Shown piece by piece: positions 26,842 to 39,215 of a stretch of 64,000 bases of DNA. Positions within the stretch are counted from its first letter, which is position 1. Each line of letters opens with the position of its first letter. This DNA comes from Mobula hypostoma (taxonomy: Eukaryota), in NCBI RefSeq assembly GCF_963921235.1, contig NC_086109.1, positions 4,280,001 through 4,344,000 of the forward strand. The letters are read 5' to 3'. The translations under genes and the position numbers were made by a program. The notes under the pieces were generated by a model, which worked only from the letters and a program-made list of their open reading frames with translations, did not search any database and was not told where the DNA came from.

Positions 26842-27109
26842 AACCCTAACTCTAATGCATGCACCAGGCTCCCCCTCTCCAGGCAGCTGATGAATCCAAA
26901 GGAACAGCAAAATGTCAGTAATGATGACTTGATTCTGATTCTGCTATATAATAATAATGATAAGTTATTTACAGAGCACTTTTCATGCAGATGATGTAAT
27001 TCAAAGTGCTTTACAATGGGATAAAGTGCAAACATGAAAATAAAACACAAAAAGATGGCAGTTAAAGGTAAAGTTAAATAAATAGGTTTTGAGAGAGAAG
27101 GTATTGGGA

Positions 27110-27420
27110 GGTCTTGAAGAACTTTAAGGTGGATTCATCCACAAAGCCTTTGGATCTATCTAAGGATACCGAAGGAATCAAGGTAGGAGATTGTCAGGAC
27201 CATAATGGAGATCTTGTTTTTCTCTTTGAGCAAGGCACCAGAAGACTGGAGAATATCCAGTATTGTTCAGCAAGGAAAATCAAAATAATCCGGTAATTTA
27301 TAATCCAGTGACCCTTGTGTCAGTGGGACAGTAATCAGTGGAGAAGATTCTAAAGGACAAGATTACTCACATTTGGAAAATTGTGGTTTTCATTAATGAA
27401 ACGACTGTGGATTGTATGGG
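27110..27420 (+). mobile_element. Highly degenerate CR1 ORF2 fragment
   Basis: Remnants of the KVDKSP..EDWR..SLTSV..EKILKDKI region. Confidence 0.55.
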
Positions 27421-27879
27421 GAAGTCTATATCGGTAGTGGTGAGCATGGACAAGAGCGAGAGTGGAATCCTGAAGTCATCAGTGAAAGCAGAGGGAAGGC
27501 TTGGTGTGTCCATGATATGAACTTTGCAGTCTCTGACTTCTGCTCACAGAAAGTTATTTTCCAGCCACTGTCAGGAAAGGGTGGGGCTGAGTTACTCAGA
27601 GCTAGTGTTGACCTCATAGTAGGTCAGAAAAAATTGTTGTGAAACTAATACTGGAAACTCCCTGAATGTGATCACAGCAGGGCTGCAGAGTCAGTGTCAA
27701 CACCACAGACTTACACAGTCATGTCATAACTCAGGCGTGTTACGACAGCTGACCCTTAGTCTAACTCTACACAATACCCGTCAGAACTGAACACTACAAC
27801 CTACCCCCAGTTCTGCCGACTACACCGCACCCCAGTCCTGACTCAACACAAACGCTCTTCAATCTGACCCTACACACCA

Positions 27880-29720
27880 AAGTTCAAAGTCAGTTTTATT
27901 ATCAATGTACATAAGTCACCTTATACTATACACTGAGATTTGTTTTCTTGTGGACATTCACAGTAAATACAAAGAAACACAATAGAATCAATGGTGCACT
28001 CTGTTTCAGTCCAGGGGTAATAACTGTTCCAGAACCTGGTAACGTAGGACCTAAGGCTCCTGTACCTCCTTCTTGGGAACAACAAGAAGAGAACATGGCA
28101 GGCCTGGATGGTGAGGGTCCTTGATGATGGATGCTGCTTTCCTGTGACAGTGCTCCTTTTAGATGTGTTCAATGGTGAAGAGGAATTTAGGCTGTACCAA
28201 TACTTTTTCCACACTTTTCCATTCAAGGGCATTGGCATTTCAATGCCAGGCCATAAGACCATAAGATATAGAAGCAGAATTAGGCCATTTGGCGCCTTGA
28301 GTTTGCTCTGCCATTTCATCATGGCTGATTCATTTTTCCTCTCAGCCACAGTCTCCTGCCTTCTCCCCATATCCCTTCATGCTCTGACTAACCAAGAATC
28401 TATTAACCTCTTCCCTAAATATACCCAATGGCTTGGCCTCCACAGGCACTTGTGGCAACAAATTCCATAGATTCACCATTCTCTGGCTAAAGAAATTCCT
28501 TCTCATCTCTATTCTGAGGCTGTGTCCCCTAGTCTTAGACTCCCCCACCACACGAAACATCCTCTCCACATCCAGTCTATAGAGGCCTTCAACATTCGAT
28601 AGGTTTCAATGAGGTCACCCCTCATTCTCCTGAACTCCAGTGAGTATAGGCCCAGAGCCATCAAATGCTGTTCGTATGACAAGCCATTCAACCCCAGAAT
28701 CATATCCATGAACATCCTTTCAACTGTCTCCAATGTCAGCACATTCTTTCTTAGATAAGGAGCCCAAAACTGTTCACAATACTCCAAGTGAGGCCTCACC
28801 AGTGCTTTACAAAGCCTCAACATTACCACATTCTTGCTTATATATTCAAACCCTCAATGGTTGTGATGCAACCAGTGAATATACTCTCCACCATGCACCT
28901 ATAGAAGTTGGTCAAATTTTTAGATGACATGCCAAATCTCCACCAACTTCTAAGAAAGCAGAGGCACTGCCATCTCTCTTGATTTATCCCATGACGGTGG
29001 TGTCAGCAAACTTAAATATGTACTGGAGCTGTGCTTAGCCTCATCGTCATAAGTATAAAGTGAGTAGAGCAGGGGTCTTGTGGTGCACCTGTGCTAATGG
29101 ACATTGTGGAGGAGATATTGTTGGCAATCCAAACTGTCTGGAGTCTACAAGTGGGGAAATCCAGGATCTAATTGCACAAGGAGGTATTGAGAGCTAGGTC
29201 TTGGAGCTGATTGATTAGTTTTGAGGTGATGATGGTTTTGAATGCAGAGTTCTGGTCGAAGAAGAGCATTCTGATTTGTGCATCTTCGCTGTCTAGATAT
29301 TCCGGGATTGAGCGGAGGGCCGATGAAATAGCATCCGCTGTTGATCTGTTGTGACAGTAGGCAAATTGGAGCAAATCCAAGTCGTTCCTCAGGCTGGAGT
29401 TGTAATGATTCATCACCAACACTTCAAAGCACTTCATCACAGTGGATGTAAGTGCTACTGGATGAAAGTCATTGAGTCATCTTACCACTTTCTTCTCAGG
29501 CACCGGCATAATTGAAACCTGTTTGAAGCAGGTGGGTACCTCAGTCTGCCAAAGTGCAAGGTTAAAGTTATCAGTGAACACAGCAGTCAGTTGATCAGCA
29601 GAGATCTTCAGTACTCAACGGGTACACTCTCTAGGCTAGATGCCTTCTATGGATTCACCCTCCTGAAGAATGTTGGCCTCAGGGTCTGTTATCACAGGGT
29701 CATCGGGGGTTCTGGGAGTT
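27880..29720 (-). mobile_element. Rex1/Babar-like LINE fragment interrupted by CR1
   Basis: RT motifs MKCFE..DLLQFAYCHNRSTADAIS..RMLFFD..SAFKTI and C-terminal RRYRSLRS..RF.NSYYP. Confidence 0.8.
28251..28850 (-). mobile_element. CR1 3' fragment nested in the Rex1-like element
   Basis: Translation KALVRPHLEYCEQFWAPYL..RMRGDLIETY; (CCATAAGA)n tail at 28251. Confidence 0.9.
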
Positions 29721-29739
29721 CTTGAAGGCACCTCCATGT

Positions 29740-30003
29740 CTTGACGGTCAAAGTGTGCATAAAAGGCGGCCCGCAAGTGCCGCCACGCTTCCAGCTTTCA
29801 GCACCAACATAGCATACCCACAACGCGTTAACCCTCGCCCATTCATCATTGGAATGGGGGAGGAAACCAGAGCACCCGGAGGAAACACACGTGGTCACAG
29901 GGAGAACGTACAAATTCCTTACAGATAGCAGAGAGAATCAAACTCCAACCCTACAGCTGCCACTGTTAAGTGTGGCGCTAACTGCTACTGCACCATGCCA
30001 GCC
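29740..30003 (-). mobile_element. tRNA-derived V-SINE
   Basis: Reverse V-domain GGAGGAAACCAGAGCACCCGGAGGAAAC.CAC..GGTCACAGGGAGAACGTACAAA. Confidence 0.8.
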
Positions 30004-30175
30004 CAGAATTGTACTGGGAAATCATTCAACAGTCTTTAAACAGTGGAGTAAAGCCTGTCCTTGAATCGGTAGTTCATGCTTTCAGGATTTTATATCTTCT
30101 GCCTGATGGGAGAGCGGAGAAGAGAGAATCTCCAGGTTGGGTGCTAAACCAGGCAGGGAGAAGTGTAGACAGCCC

Positions 30176-30390
30176 TATCCCATAATTCCTTTCCCTTCCC
30201 ACCACCCCGGGACCGAAACAGTCCATCCTGGTGTAGCTGTGATGCGCGTGCACTTCTTCTGAGCCAGTCCGTGTTCACCACGAGGTCTCCTCGACACTGC
30301 AGAAACCAAACACAGACTGGGTGAACTCTCTGTGGAACTCCTGTGTGCAGTCCCCAGGGGGTGACCCTGAGCTGCCCGTTGCTGCCACCG
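30176..30390 (+). mobile_element. Degenerate Penelope GIY-YIG fragment
   Basis: GAAACCAAACACAGACTGGGTGA..CCTGAGCTGCCCGTTGC parallels 32590-32672. Confidence 0.5.
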
Positions 30391-30404
30391 TAGTAGAAGT
30401 GCGA

Positions 30405-32015
30405 TCAGTCAAGTGGAGTACGATGTTCTCCTCAGGGGTTGCCTATTGGTGGATCCTCGGGTGGCTGTAGAGACTGATCTGGGATCCACGTATTCTGGTT
30501 TAGTGCAGGGCAAGAGCAAGTGGTGGCTGTGGTCAGCGGTTGGGTCTTTCGGTTGCTCAGTGATTCCTTTCGCAGCTGAGGATTGTCCTCTGTGGCACAA
30601 CAAAGGACACTCTCATGTTGCACGGCTCCCTCTTGAATAGATCTCCTCCAGGTGTATCTACTGAGGGCAATATCTTCAGTTTTTAGATGTAACAATGAAT
30701 TTCTTCAGGTTGATTTTGATGTTGTTTTTGAAGTACTCCCTTTGCCCATCAGCGGCATCGTGGACTTTCCTTCAACTGGGAGTAAAGGATCTCTTTGGGG
30801 AGATGTGAGTTAGGTAACTGGATAACATAAGACCAGAAAACCATAAGACATAGGAGCAGAATTAGGCCATTCAGCCCATCGAGTCTGCTTCACTATTCCA
30901 CCATGGCCAATCCCGGATCCCACTCAACCCCATATATCTGCCTTCTCACCACATCCTTTAACACCCTGACCGGCTGGGAAACTATCAAATTCTGCCTTAA
31001 ATATATTCACGGACTTGGCCTCCACCGCTGACTGTGGCAGAGCATTCCACAGATTTATTGCTCTCTGGCTAAAAAAAATCCCTCCTCACCTCTGTTCTAA
31101 AGGGTCGCCCCTCAATTCTGAGACTGTGCCCTCTAGTTCTGGATACACCACCATAGGAAACATTCTTCTCCACATCCACCCTATCCAGTCCTTTCAACAT
31201 TCAGTAAGTTTCAATGAGATCCCACCACGTTCTTCTAAATCCCAGTGAGTACAGGTCCAAAGCTGCCAAGAGCTCCTAAAATGTTAACCCCTTCATTCCC
31301 AAAATCATCTTTGTGAACTTCCTCTGTACTCTCTCCAATGACAACACATCCTTTCTGAGTTATGGGGCCCAAAACTCTTGATGATACTCTAAGTGCAGCC
31401 GGACTAGCTACCATCTCCTTGCTTTTGTATTCTATTCCCCTTGAAGTAAATGCCAAAATCGCAACTGCCTTCTTTACCACAGGCTCAACCTGTAAATTAA
31501 CCTCCTGGGAGTCTTGCCAGAATGACCTACACATCTGAGTTGGTGCTGCTTTATCACAGTGGAGGTGCAGTTCAAAGGTTTAAAGGTCCAAAGGTTCACG
31601 TTATTGTCAAAGTATGCATGTACAATACAACTCTGATATTTCTCTTCTCCAGATAGCCGTGAAATACAGAAAGACCATGGGAGTTGATAAAAGAAAAGTC
31701 ACCAAATCCCACCCCTCCCCCGGCAAGGTAAAAAAAGATACAAAACTTGCAGACCCCAAAATCGACCCCCTCCCCCAGAGAAACAAACAGCGACAATAAC
31801 AATCCCCAACCCCCTCACTCACAGAGAAAAAATCCAGGACAATAACAATCGTGTTCATGTTGGCCTCCTCCAGTATGCTGGTGTTAGTACATCAGTCCTT
31901 CCAGCTGATCCTCAAAATCTTTCGTCAGGATCTTTGATGGTATTATTGCAGAATTTTCAAGTGCCTACTGTAGGTAGTCGATGATTCATCCCTATACAGT
32001 AATATAGGAAAGACT
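30405..32015 (-). mobile_element. RTE-clade LINE 3' region in three pieces (30405-30825, ~31525-31570, ~31850-32015)
   Basis: Translated remnants LLY..ES.TTYSRHLK..YHQR..RKILRISWKD..TNTSILEEAN, QLRCVGH, LPKEILYSQLKE and TWRRSIQEG. Confidence 0.75.
30826..31520 (-). mobile_element. CR1 3' fragment nested in the RTE element
   Basis: CCATAAGACATAGGAGCAG tail; translation VNLQVEPVVKKA.AILAF.SRGIEYKSKE. Confidence 0.88.
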
Positions 32016-32516
32016 TTAACTCCCCATCCCAGTACCACTTCGACCTATCGGTCAGCAGCCTCTTGCCCTGTCACAGTGACATCCAACACAAGCCGCATCT
32101 TTTCTTTTGCCCAGAGATGGTCTGTGCTCTACATCTCCAAGTCCCTTGCTTTCTCTTTCTCTTTGTATCTGGACCACCATTTGTGCCCCCCACGCCCATC
32201 TCTTTGTTTGTTTGTACATTTTTGCTCTGGTCCTCAGATTATACTTGACCCAGCTCATTACACAGTCAAAATCAAACAGTACAACACAGATAAGGCCCTT
32301 CAGCCTGCTAGTTCTATGCTGACCACAAATTCAATCTAACAAAACCGATCTGCCTACATATTGTCCATATTCCTGCATACCCTGCCCTGTTCCTGTGGCT
32401 TCAAAAGGTGGGGCCTCCGGAAGTTGACATCCATCCTGAAGGGCTGTCACTATCCAGGGTAATGCTACCATCAGGGAGGGGATACAGGAGCCTGAAGACA
32501 CACACTCAGTATTTAA

Positions 32517-33192
32517 CACTTCACTTGTGAGTCTGTTGGGGTCAACTATTACATCCGGTGTTCCCGGTGCAGCTTCCTCTACATCGGTGAAACCCGACGC
32601 AGATTGGGGGACCGCTTCGTCGAGCACCTCTGCTCCGTCCGCCACAACAGACAGGATCTCCCGGTAGCCACCCACTTCAACTCTGCTTCCCACTCCCATT
32701 CGGATATGTCCATACATGGCCTCCTCTACTGCCATGATGAGGCTAAACTCAGGTTGGAGGAGCAACACCTCATATACCGTCTAGGTAGTCTCCAGCCCCC
32801 TGGTATGAACATAGAATTCTCCAATGTCCAGTAATTCCCTCCCCCTCCCTTCCCCTATCCCTATGTCACTCTACCCCCTCCCCCAGCTGCCTATCACCTC
32901 CCTCATGGTTCCACCTCCTTCTACTACCCATTGTGTTTTCCCCTATTCCTTCTTCACCTTTCCTGCCTATCACCTCCCTGCTTCCCCACCCCTCCCCTTT
33001 ATCTTTCCCCTTACTGGTTTTTCACCTGGAACCTACCAGCCTTCTCCTTCCCACCCGCCCCCCACCTTCTTTATAGGGCCTCTGCCCCTTCCCTCTTCAG
33101 TCCTGACCAAGGGTTCCGGCCTGAAACGTCGACTGATCTTTTCCACGGATGCTGCCCGACCTGCTGAGTTCCTCCAGCGTGTTGTGAGTGTT
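32517..33192 (+). mobile_element. Penelope-like element: open GIY-YIG endonuclease domain (32517-32834) + pLTR
   Basis: In-frame HFTCESVGVNYYIRCSRCSFLYIGETRRRLGDRFVEHL..PVATHFN..RLEEQHLIYRLGSLQPPGMN. A hammerhead-like motif lies at 33098-33135 with the core mutated to CUGACCA. Confidence 0.92.
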
Positions 33193-33214
33193 TTGGGAAC
33201 AGCTCCTTCCCCTC

Positions 33215-34005
33215 TGGAATTTAATGCAGTCAAGTGAGTGGTTTTGCACTGTGGGAGGACCAGCTAGGGTAGGTCTAACACAGTGAACAGGGGGGCACTG
33301 AGGAGTGTGGTAGAACAAAGGGATTCTAGGAATACAGGTCCATAGTTCATTGAAAATGACATCACAAGTAGGAAGGGTTATAAAGAAAGCTTTTGACACA
33401 TTGGCCCTCATAAATCAAAATATTGAGTACAGGAGATGGAACGTTACGTTGAAGTTGTATAAGACCTTGCTGAGGTCTAATTTGGAGTACTGTGTCGGGT
33501 GCCATTTTGGTCACCTACATAAAGGAAAGATATAAATAAGGTTGAAAGAGTACAGAGAAAATTTACAAGGACGTTGCCAGAACTGGAGGACCTGAGTCAT
33601 AAGGAAAGATTGAATAGGTTAGGACTTTATTCCCTAGAGCACTGAAGAGTCAGGGGAGATTTGATGGAGGTATACAAAAATTATGAGGGGTATAGATAGG
33701 GTAAAACAAGCAGGCTTTTTTCTCTAAGTTAAGTGAGACTACAACTAGACGTCATACATTAAGGATGAAGGGTGAAATGTTTAAGAGGAAAAAGAGGGCA
33801 AACTTCTTCACTCAGTGGGTGGTGAGATTGTGGAATGAGCTGCCAGCAAAAGTGGTGCATGCGAGCTGGATTTCGACATTAAAGAGAAGTTTGGATAGAT
33901 ATGTGGATGGAAGGGGTATGGAGGGCATGGGACTAGGCAGTTTAAATGGTTTGACATGGACTAAATGGGCCGAAGGGCCTGTTTCTGGGCTGTAGTTTTC
34001 TTAGA
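33215..34005 (+). mobile_element. CR1 LINE 3' fragment
   Basis: Translation SQVGRVIKKAF..LKLYKTL.R.NLEYC and NFFTQWVVRLWNELP. Confidence 0.88.
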
Positions 34006-34154
34006 CTAGACCTATTTATTTTATTTGTTGTTATTTACGGCAATATTTTATGTATAGCACTGTACTGCTGCTGCAAAACAACACATTACATGACATATGT
34101 CAGTAAAAATAAATCCGATTCTGATTCTGATTGTATCTAAAATTCTCTTAAAGG

Positions 34155-34437
34155 ACAACAGCGTGACCAAGGGACACGGATTCAGAATAGAACGACCTCC
34201 ATCTAGAATGATGAGGAAGAATTTCTTCAGTCAGACAGTGGTGAATGTGGAATTGGAGGCCGTCTTTATGTATATTTAAGGCAGAGGCTGATAGATTCTT
34301 GATTAGTCAGGACATGAAGGGATACGGGGATAAGTCCAGGAGATTGGGGCTGAGAGGGAAACGGATCACCATGATGAAATGGCAGAGCAGACTCGATGAG
34401 GCTGATGGCCTAATTCTGCTCCTATATCTTATGGTCT
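34155..34437 (+). mobile_element. CR1/HE1-type 3' tail fragment
   Basis: Ends in CCTAATTCTGCTCCTATATCTTATGG. Confidence 0.8.
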
Positions 34438-34839
34438 GCTGTTATCTGTTACCACCACATCCCCTGGCAGTCCTCTAGAAACCCACCATTCTCTGTGTAA
34501 GGTACGTGTATAAAGCATCCCTGGAAGTTTTTTTTATGTGTGGCCAGAGGCCTCAACCAGATTTTAAACTATTGACCCAATTGAGGTTTATTTTATGTTC
34601 ATCTCTAATGAGTAAATAGGGATTGGGAATTCACATAAGCCCCATTTCTTTTTTCAAATTTGCAAGCTCTTTATGAAAGATTCACATGATTCCCACGTCC
34701 CTCACAGCCACTGTGGAAAATATTGGCACTATTAAGAAATGCTCACAGTGCGCCAGGAGCATTTCTACTCTGCAAGCCCCACCTCGCTGGCGCTGATTCA
34801 AAGCGGATTATTCAGGGTGTCCTTACTTTCAACCCCATT

Positions 34840-34980
34840 CCTTTCCAGTCCTGATGAAGGGTCTCAGCTCAAAGTGCCCACAGTCCACTCTCCTCTGTAG
34901 GTGCTGTCTGGCCTGCTGAGTTCCTCCAGCATTCTGCGTGTGTTGCTCTGGATCTCCAGCGGCGGCAGAATCTCTTGTGC
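34840..34980 (+). mobile_element. Penelope pLTR remnant with degenerate hammerhead
   Basis: CAGTCCTGATGAAGGGTCTCAGC..GCCTGCTGAGTTCCTCCAGC. Confidence 0.7.
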
Positions 34981-35226
34981 TTACTCTGGTTGTGAAATGT
35001 TGTCCTTGAACCCCTAGTTCACTGTTAATTTTTTATTTCATTGCAATTTCCCAAAAATGCCACTTAGATTCCTGTAGACATAACCACTTCTAAACAAAGC
35101 TGCCCTCTCCAAAGTCAATACCACCCAAAGCGAGCGTACAAAGAGGTTACTTAAAATCAATTTGAATCCAGAATCCAGAGGGACTGCAAGTCGAAAAGCT
35201 AGCAGGAGAAGGGGAGACGGACAGAA

Positions 35227-35290
35227 ATGTTTCCGAAAACTGCATTAAAACTAGCACTTCTCTTTGTCCTACAAATCTGCCCTACTCTTG
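35227..35290 (+). CDS. Putative first coding exon (signal peptide) of a CCP/sushi-domain gene: MFPKTALKLALLFVLQICPTL + phase 1
   Basis: ATG in non-repetitive DNA, basic N-region followed by a hydrophobic core, and donor G|GTAAGA at 35291. Phase 1 is compatible with the downstream CCP exon. Confidence 0.65.
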
Positions 35291-35554
35291 GTAAGAGATG
35301 AAAAAGCTTCCTTTGCTTTTATCGTGTAGTTTTTTGACATTGAGTTAGATGTGTAATTTTATTCTTCCTGGCGAGCCTGTACAGACGAAGCAGGAATGTA
35401 CTCATTTATAAAACATACGCTGTACAGGCCCTTCGGCCCACAATGTTATGCCAGCCTTCTAACCTACTCCAAGATCAATCTAAACCTTCCCTCCCACGTA
35501 ACCCTCCATTTTTCTGAGATCCATTTGCCTTTCCAAGAGCTTCTTAAACGTTTA

Positions 35555-35845
35555 TTGATGGTAATGGAGAGCATACTGACATACGGAATGACAGTGTGGC
35601 ACTCCAGATGCAGCAAGGCAGATCACAAAGCACTGGTGATTGGGAACGCTCAGCACATCATTGGGACTCAACTACCGGACTTGAGGACAATCTTCAAATT
35701 ACAATGCCAACAGCACATTGGTAACATTCTTAAAGACCCATCCCATCTCGGACACTGTCTGTTCAATCTCCTGCCATCCGGTAGAAGGTATAGAAACATC
35801 TTAGCCAAGACAGTAAAACTGAAAAACAGCTTCTTCCTGAATAAT
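35555..35845 (+). mobile_element. Rex1/Babar-like 3' fragment
   Basis: Translation ESILTYGMTVW..ILKDPSHLGHCLFNLLPSGRRYR..LKNSFF. Confidence 0.8.
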
Positions 35846-35944
35846 GCTACACCCCAGATTGCCAATGGCCTTTGAGTGTTATGGACTATTGAAATCACTT
35901 GGTGCATGTAACTATGGGATTTTTTAAAAACTAAGCTGTGACAC

Positions 35945-36510
35945 ATGTATAGAACACAAAACATAGAACAGTACAACACAGGAAGTGGCACTTTGGCCCA
36001 CAATGTTGTGCCGAACCTGCTAAAAAGTAAATCAAAGACATCCAAAAGCTAATCCCTCCAGCTTACATAATGTCCGTATCCCTCCATCTTCCTCATGTCT
36101 ATGTGCTTATCCATACATCTCTTAAAAGCCTCTGATGAATTTGCCTCTACCACCATACCAGGCAACACACTTCAGGCATCCACCACTCTCCAAGTAAAAA
36201 ACTTGTAAATGTATTGTAAGTATCTATTTTGCACAGACTGGAGTAGCACCACAATCTTGGTGTCTTGAGCAATGGCAATAAAGTTCTGTTCTGTTCTATT
36301 CTTACATGCCCCTAATGTCTCTGCCTCTATCACCACCCCAGCAGTACATTCCAGACACCCACCACTCTGTGTAAACGTACCTCTGACATTCCCCTTGAAC
36401 TTTCCACCAATCACCTTAAAATGAAGCCCCCTCATAATAGCCATTTCCACCCTGGGAAAAAGTATCTGGCCGTCCACTCATTCGATGCCTCTTATCATCG
36501 TGTACACATC
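35945..36510 (-). mobile_element. CR1 3' fragments
   Basis: ACATAGAACAGTACA tail; translation GQILFPRVE..FKVIGGKFKGNVRG. Confidence 0.75.
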
Positions 36511-36689
36511 GTTAATAAGAAACCATCACAGTTGTAAAGGAGCATTGAATGAACCTGTTTGCTGCGAATCATTCTAAAAAACATTCCAGATATTGAATAT
36601 GAGGGGGATTCAGGGAATGGGAGAGAGAACATCTTCACTCAGGGGGTGGTGCAGGTGTTGAATGAGGCGGTAGATGTGGGGTCAACAGC

Positions 36690-36910
36690 AGCAAGTCTGT
36701 AAGGGGTTTGTACCTTCTCCCCGTGACGGCGTGGGTTGGTGCTCTGGTTTCCTCCCACAGTCCAAAGACCAGTTAAGGTTAGCAAATTGCAGGTACGCTA
36801 TGTCAGCACCAGAAGTGTGGCGACACTTGCGTATCCCTGGACTGTGTTGGTCATTGACACGAATGACTCATTTCACTATAAGTTTAGGTGAAGGTGTGAC
36901 AAGTAAAGCT
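36690..36910 (+). mobile_element. V-SINE inserted in a CR1 tail
   Basis: GTTTGTAC.TTCTCCCCGTGAC.GCGTGGGTT..GGTGCTCTGGTTTCCTCCCACAGTCCAAAGAC. Confidence 0.8.
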
Positions 36911-37519
36911 CACCTCATTAAAGGAAGTTTGGATAGGTACATGGATGAGAGACGTAAAGAGGGCAATGGTACAGGTGCAGGTGGGAGATAGGCAAAAAAA
37001 CCAGGCTGGGCCAGATGGGCCGAAGGGCCTGTTTCTGAGTTGTACGACTCTATGAAGTGCCCTCCCTGTAGGTTTGAGGGAGCTCTGGCCACTCCGATGC
37101 TCTAAGATCTGGTCACTACTGAACGCTGAGGAGCCAGCCCTGTGTTAAAGCCCCTCAAACACTGGACAGGTGCATTGTTTAAGAATGGTGATGATGCTTT
37201 GTAGAGAATGTACTGAAATGTTAGTACGATCAACACAGGGAAAGGTTGCCACAATTGTCTTTATGTAATATGAATAAGTTTACTTTTGAAATAAATAATG
37301 TTCTCAGATGTTCTTGAGCAAAGTGACCTGTAGAAAGGTGCAATTGTAGGCCGCGCACTCCTGCTCAGGCATACAGCAGCCTCTGCTCCTCAGGGAAGGA
37401 AGGGAGGGAATGGCCTGCAGACAGAAAAGATACTAATTATCTCACTTTAAGGACTCTTTATCTCATTGTCTCATGTTCTCGTTATTTATTGCTATTTATT
37501 TATATTTGTAGTTGCATAA

Positions 37520-38916
37520 ATAATTATAATAATAAGTAAATAAATAGACAATAAATATCAAGAACATGAGATGAAGAGTCCTTCAACATGACTCCATAGG
37601 CTGTGGGAGCAGTACGGTGATAGGGTGAGTGAAGATGAGTGTAGTTACCCCCTTGTTTCAAGAGCCTAGTGGCCGAGGGGTAATAACTGTATCTGAAGCT
37701 GGTGATGTGAGTCCTGAGGCTCCCGTACCTTCTTCCTGATGGCAGCAGCAAGAAGAGAGCATGTCCTTGGTGGTGGGGGTCTTTGATGGTGGATGCTGCT
37801 TTCTTGTGACAGCTCTTCACATAGGTGTGCTCAATGTTGGGAAGGGTTTTACCTGTGATGAGCTGGGCTGTAGCCACGGCTTTTTGCAGGATTTTCCATT
37901 CAAGGGCAGCTGTATTTTCATACCAGGCTGTGAAGCAACCAGCCAATAAACTCTCCACCACACACCTATGGAAACTTGTTAACATTTTGGATGTCATACC
38001 CAATCTTTGCAAACTTCTACGGAAGTAAAGGGGCTGTTGTGCTTTACTTGTGTCACATACCCATGACAGGTTAAAGAACCAGCAGAAATGGAAACCACTC
38101 TGGAGTCTTGTATTGCTATTAACTAATACTTTTTTATTAGTAACTACGCAATACAGTGATATAAATTCAGATATATTAAACGGGTTAGAAGAGACTATAT
38201 GTATATAAGTGTGGAAACATAGAAACCAAGCTTCTTCAAGCCTGGGGTAAATAGATACAGTCTTACGATGATAAGTAAAGTTCAGTTCAGTTCGTGGTAT
38301 TGAGTTGAGTAGTGATGGAGAGAGAGAGGTGTTTGGTTCTTCAGGTGAGCTGATGCCATAGATCTTCCCATTGTCCTCCGAAATCCTTTCAAAATCACCG
38401 AATGTGACCACAACAAAGGGGACTGTTCTTCTGTGGTGGAATTATCAACCCAGGCGAGGGTTGGTACACGAATAACTCCCCACCAGTCACACCCTTTTCA
38501 CACTGCGAGAGCTACTGATCGGTCCACCTGATCGATCCTCGAAAACCCACCTTTCTGCGGGCACAACAAAGCTCATCCAGTGTCCGAAACCAGGTGTCTG
38601 TGAGTCTATCATCTGACCTTCTATTTATCTCACCATGCTGAACACCAACTGTCCATCAAGCAGCTCCTCCCTTCTCTCTCTGTAGGAACTTAGAAGCTGC
38701 CAGTGTCCTTGCAAAAGGGTAAACATGCTGCAGAGAAACCATAACACCATCTCAAAGCTGTCTTCGTCTCTCTCTCTCTCTCTCTGAATAACAAGGTGCC
38801 TGTGTCGAGCAACTCTCTCTCTCTCTCTCTCTCTCTCTGAATAACAAGGTGCCTGTGTCAAGCAACTCTCTCTCTCTCTCTCTCTCTCTCTGAATAACAA
38901 GGTGCCTGTGTCGAGC

Positions 38917-38960
<44 letters not shown>

Positions 38961-39215
38961 TTAAAAGCACAGTTGATAGGGATAATTCAGGATCCCGTCA
39001 CAACTTGTATAATGGCACTGAAGTGCTGGACCCAGGACAAATCCTCTGGAGTGATAACACCGAATGATTTGAAGTTGCTGACCCTCTCCGCCTCTGATCC
39101 CCCGATAAGGACTGGCTCATAGACCACTGGTTACCTCCTCCTGAAGTAAATAATCAGCTCCTTCGTCTTGCTGTCATTGACTGAGAGGTTGTTGTTGTGG
39201 CACCACTCCCTCCCA
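37520..39215 (-). mobile_element. Rex1/Babar-like fragment split by a solo LTR
   Basis: Translation AQQPLYF.RSLQRLGM..CVVES.L.GC.TAWY..IKDPHH.GHALF.LLPSGRRY; resumes at 39003. Confidence 0.85.
38051..39002 (-). mobile_element. Solo LTR (952 bp), TG...CA, 5-bp TSD ACTTG
   Basis: ACTTG|TGTCAC...GTCACA|ACTTG. A minus-strand AATAAA lies near 38135. An internal block [(TC)n-TGAATAACAAGGTGCCTGTGTCRAGCAAC] is triplicated at 38767-38955. Confidence 0.88.

Noticed and set aside
37524..38411. 295-aa ORF as a host gene
   Set aside because: It is a chance read-through from a solo LTR into a Rex1-like fragment.
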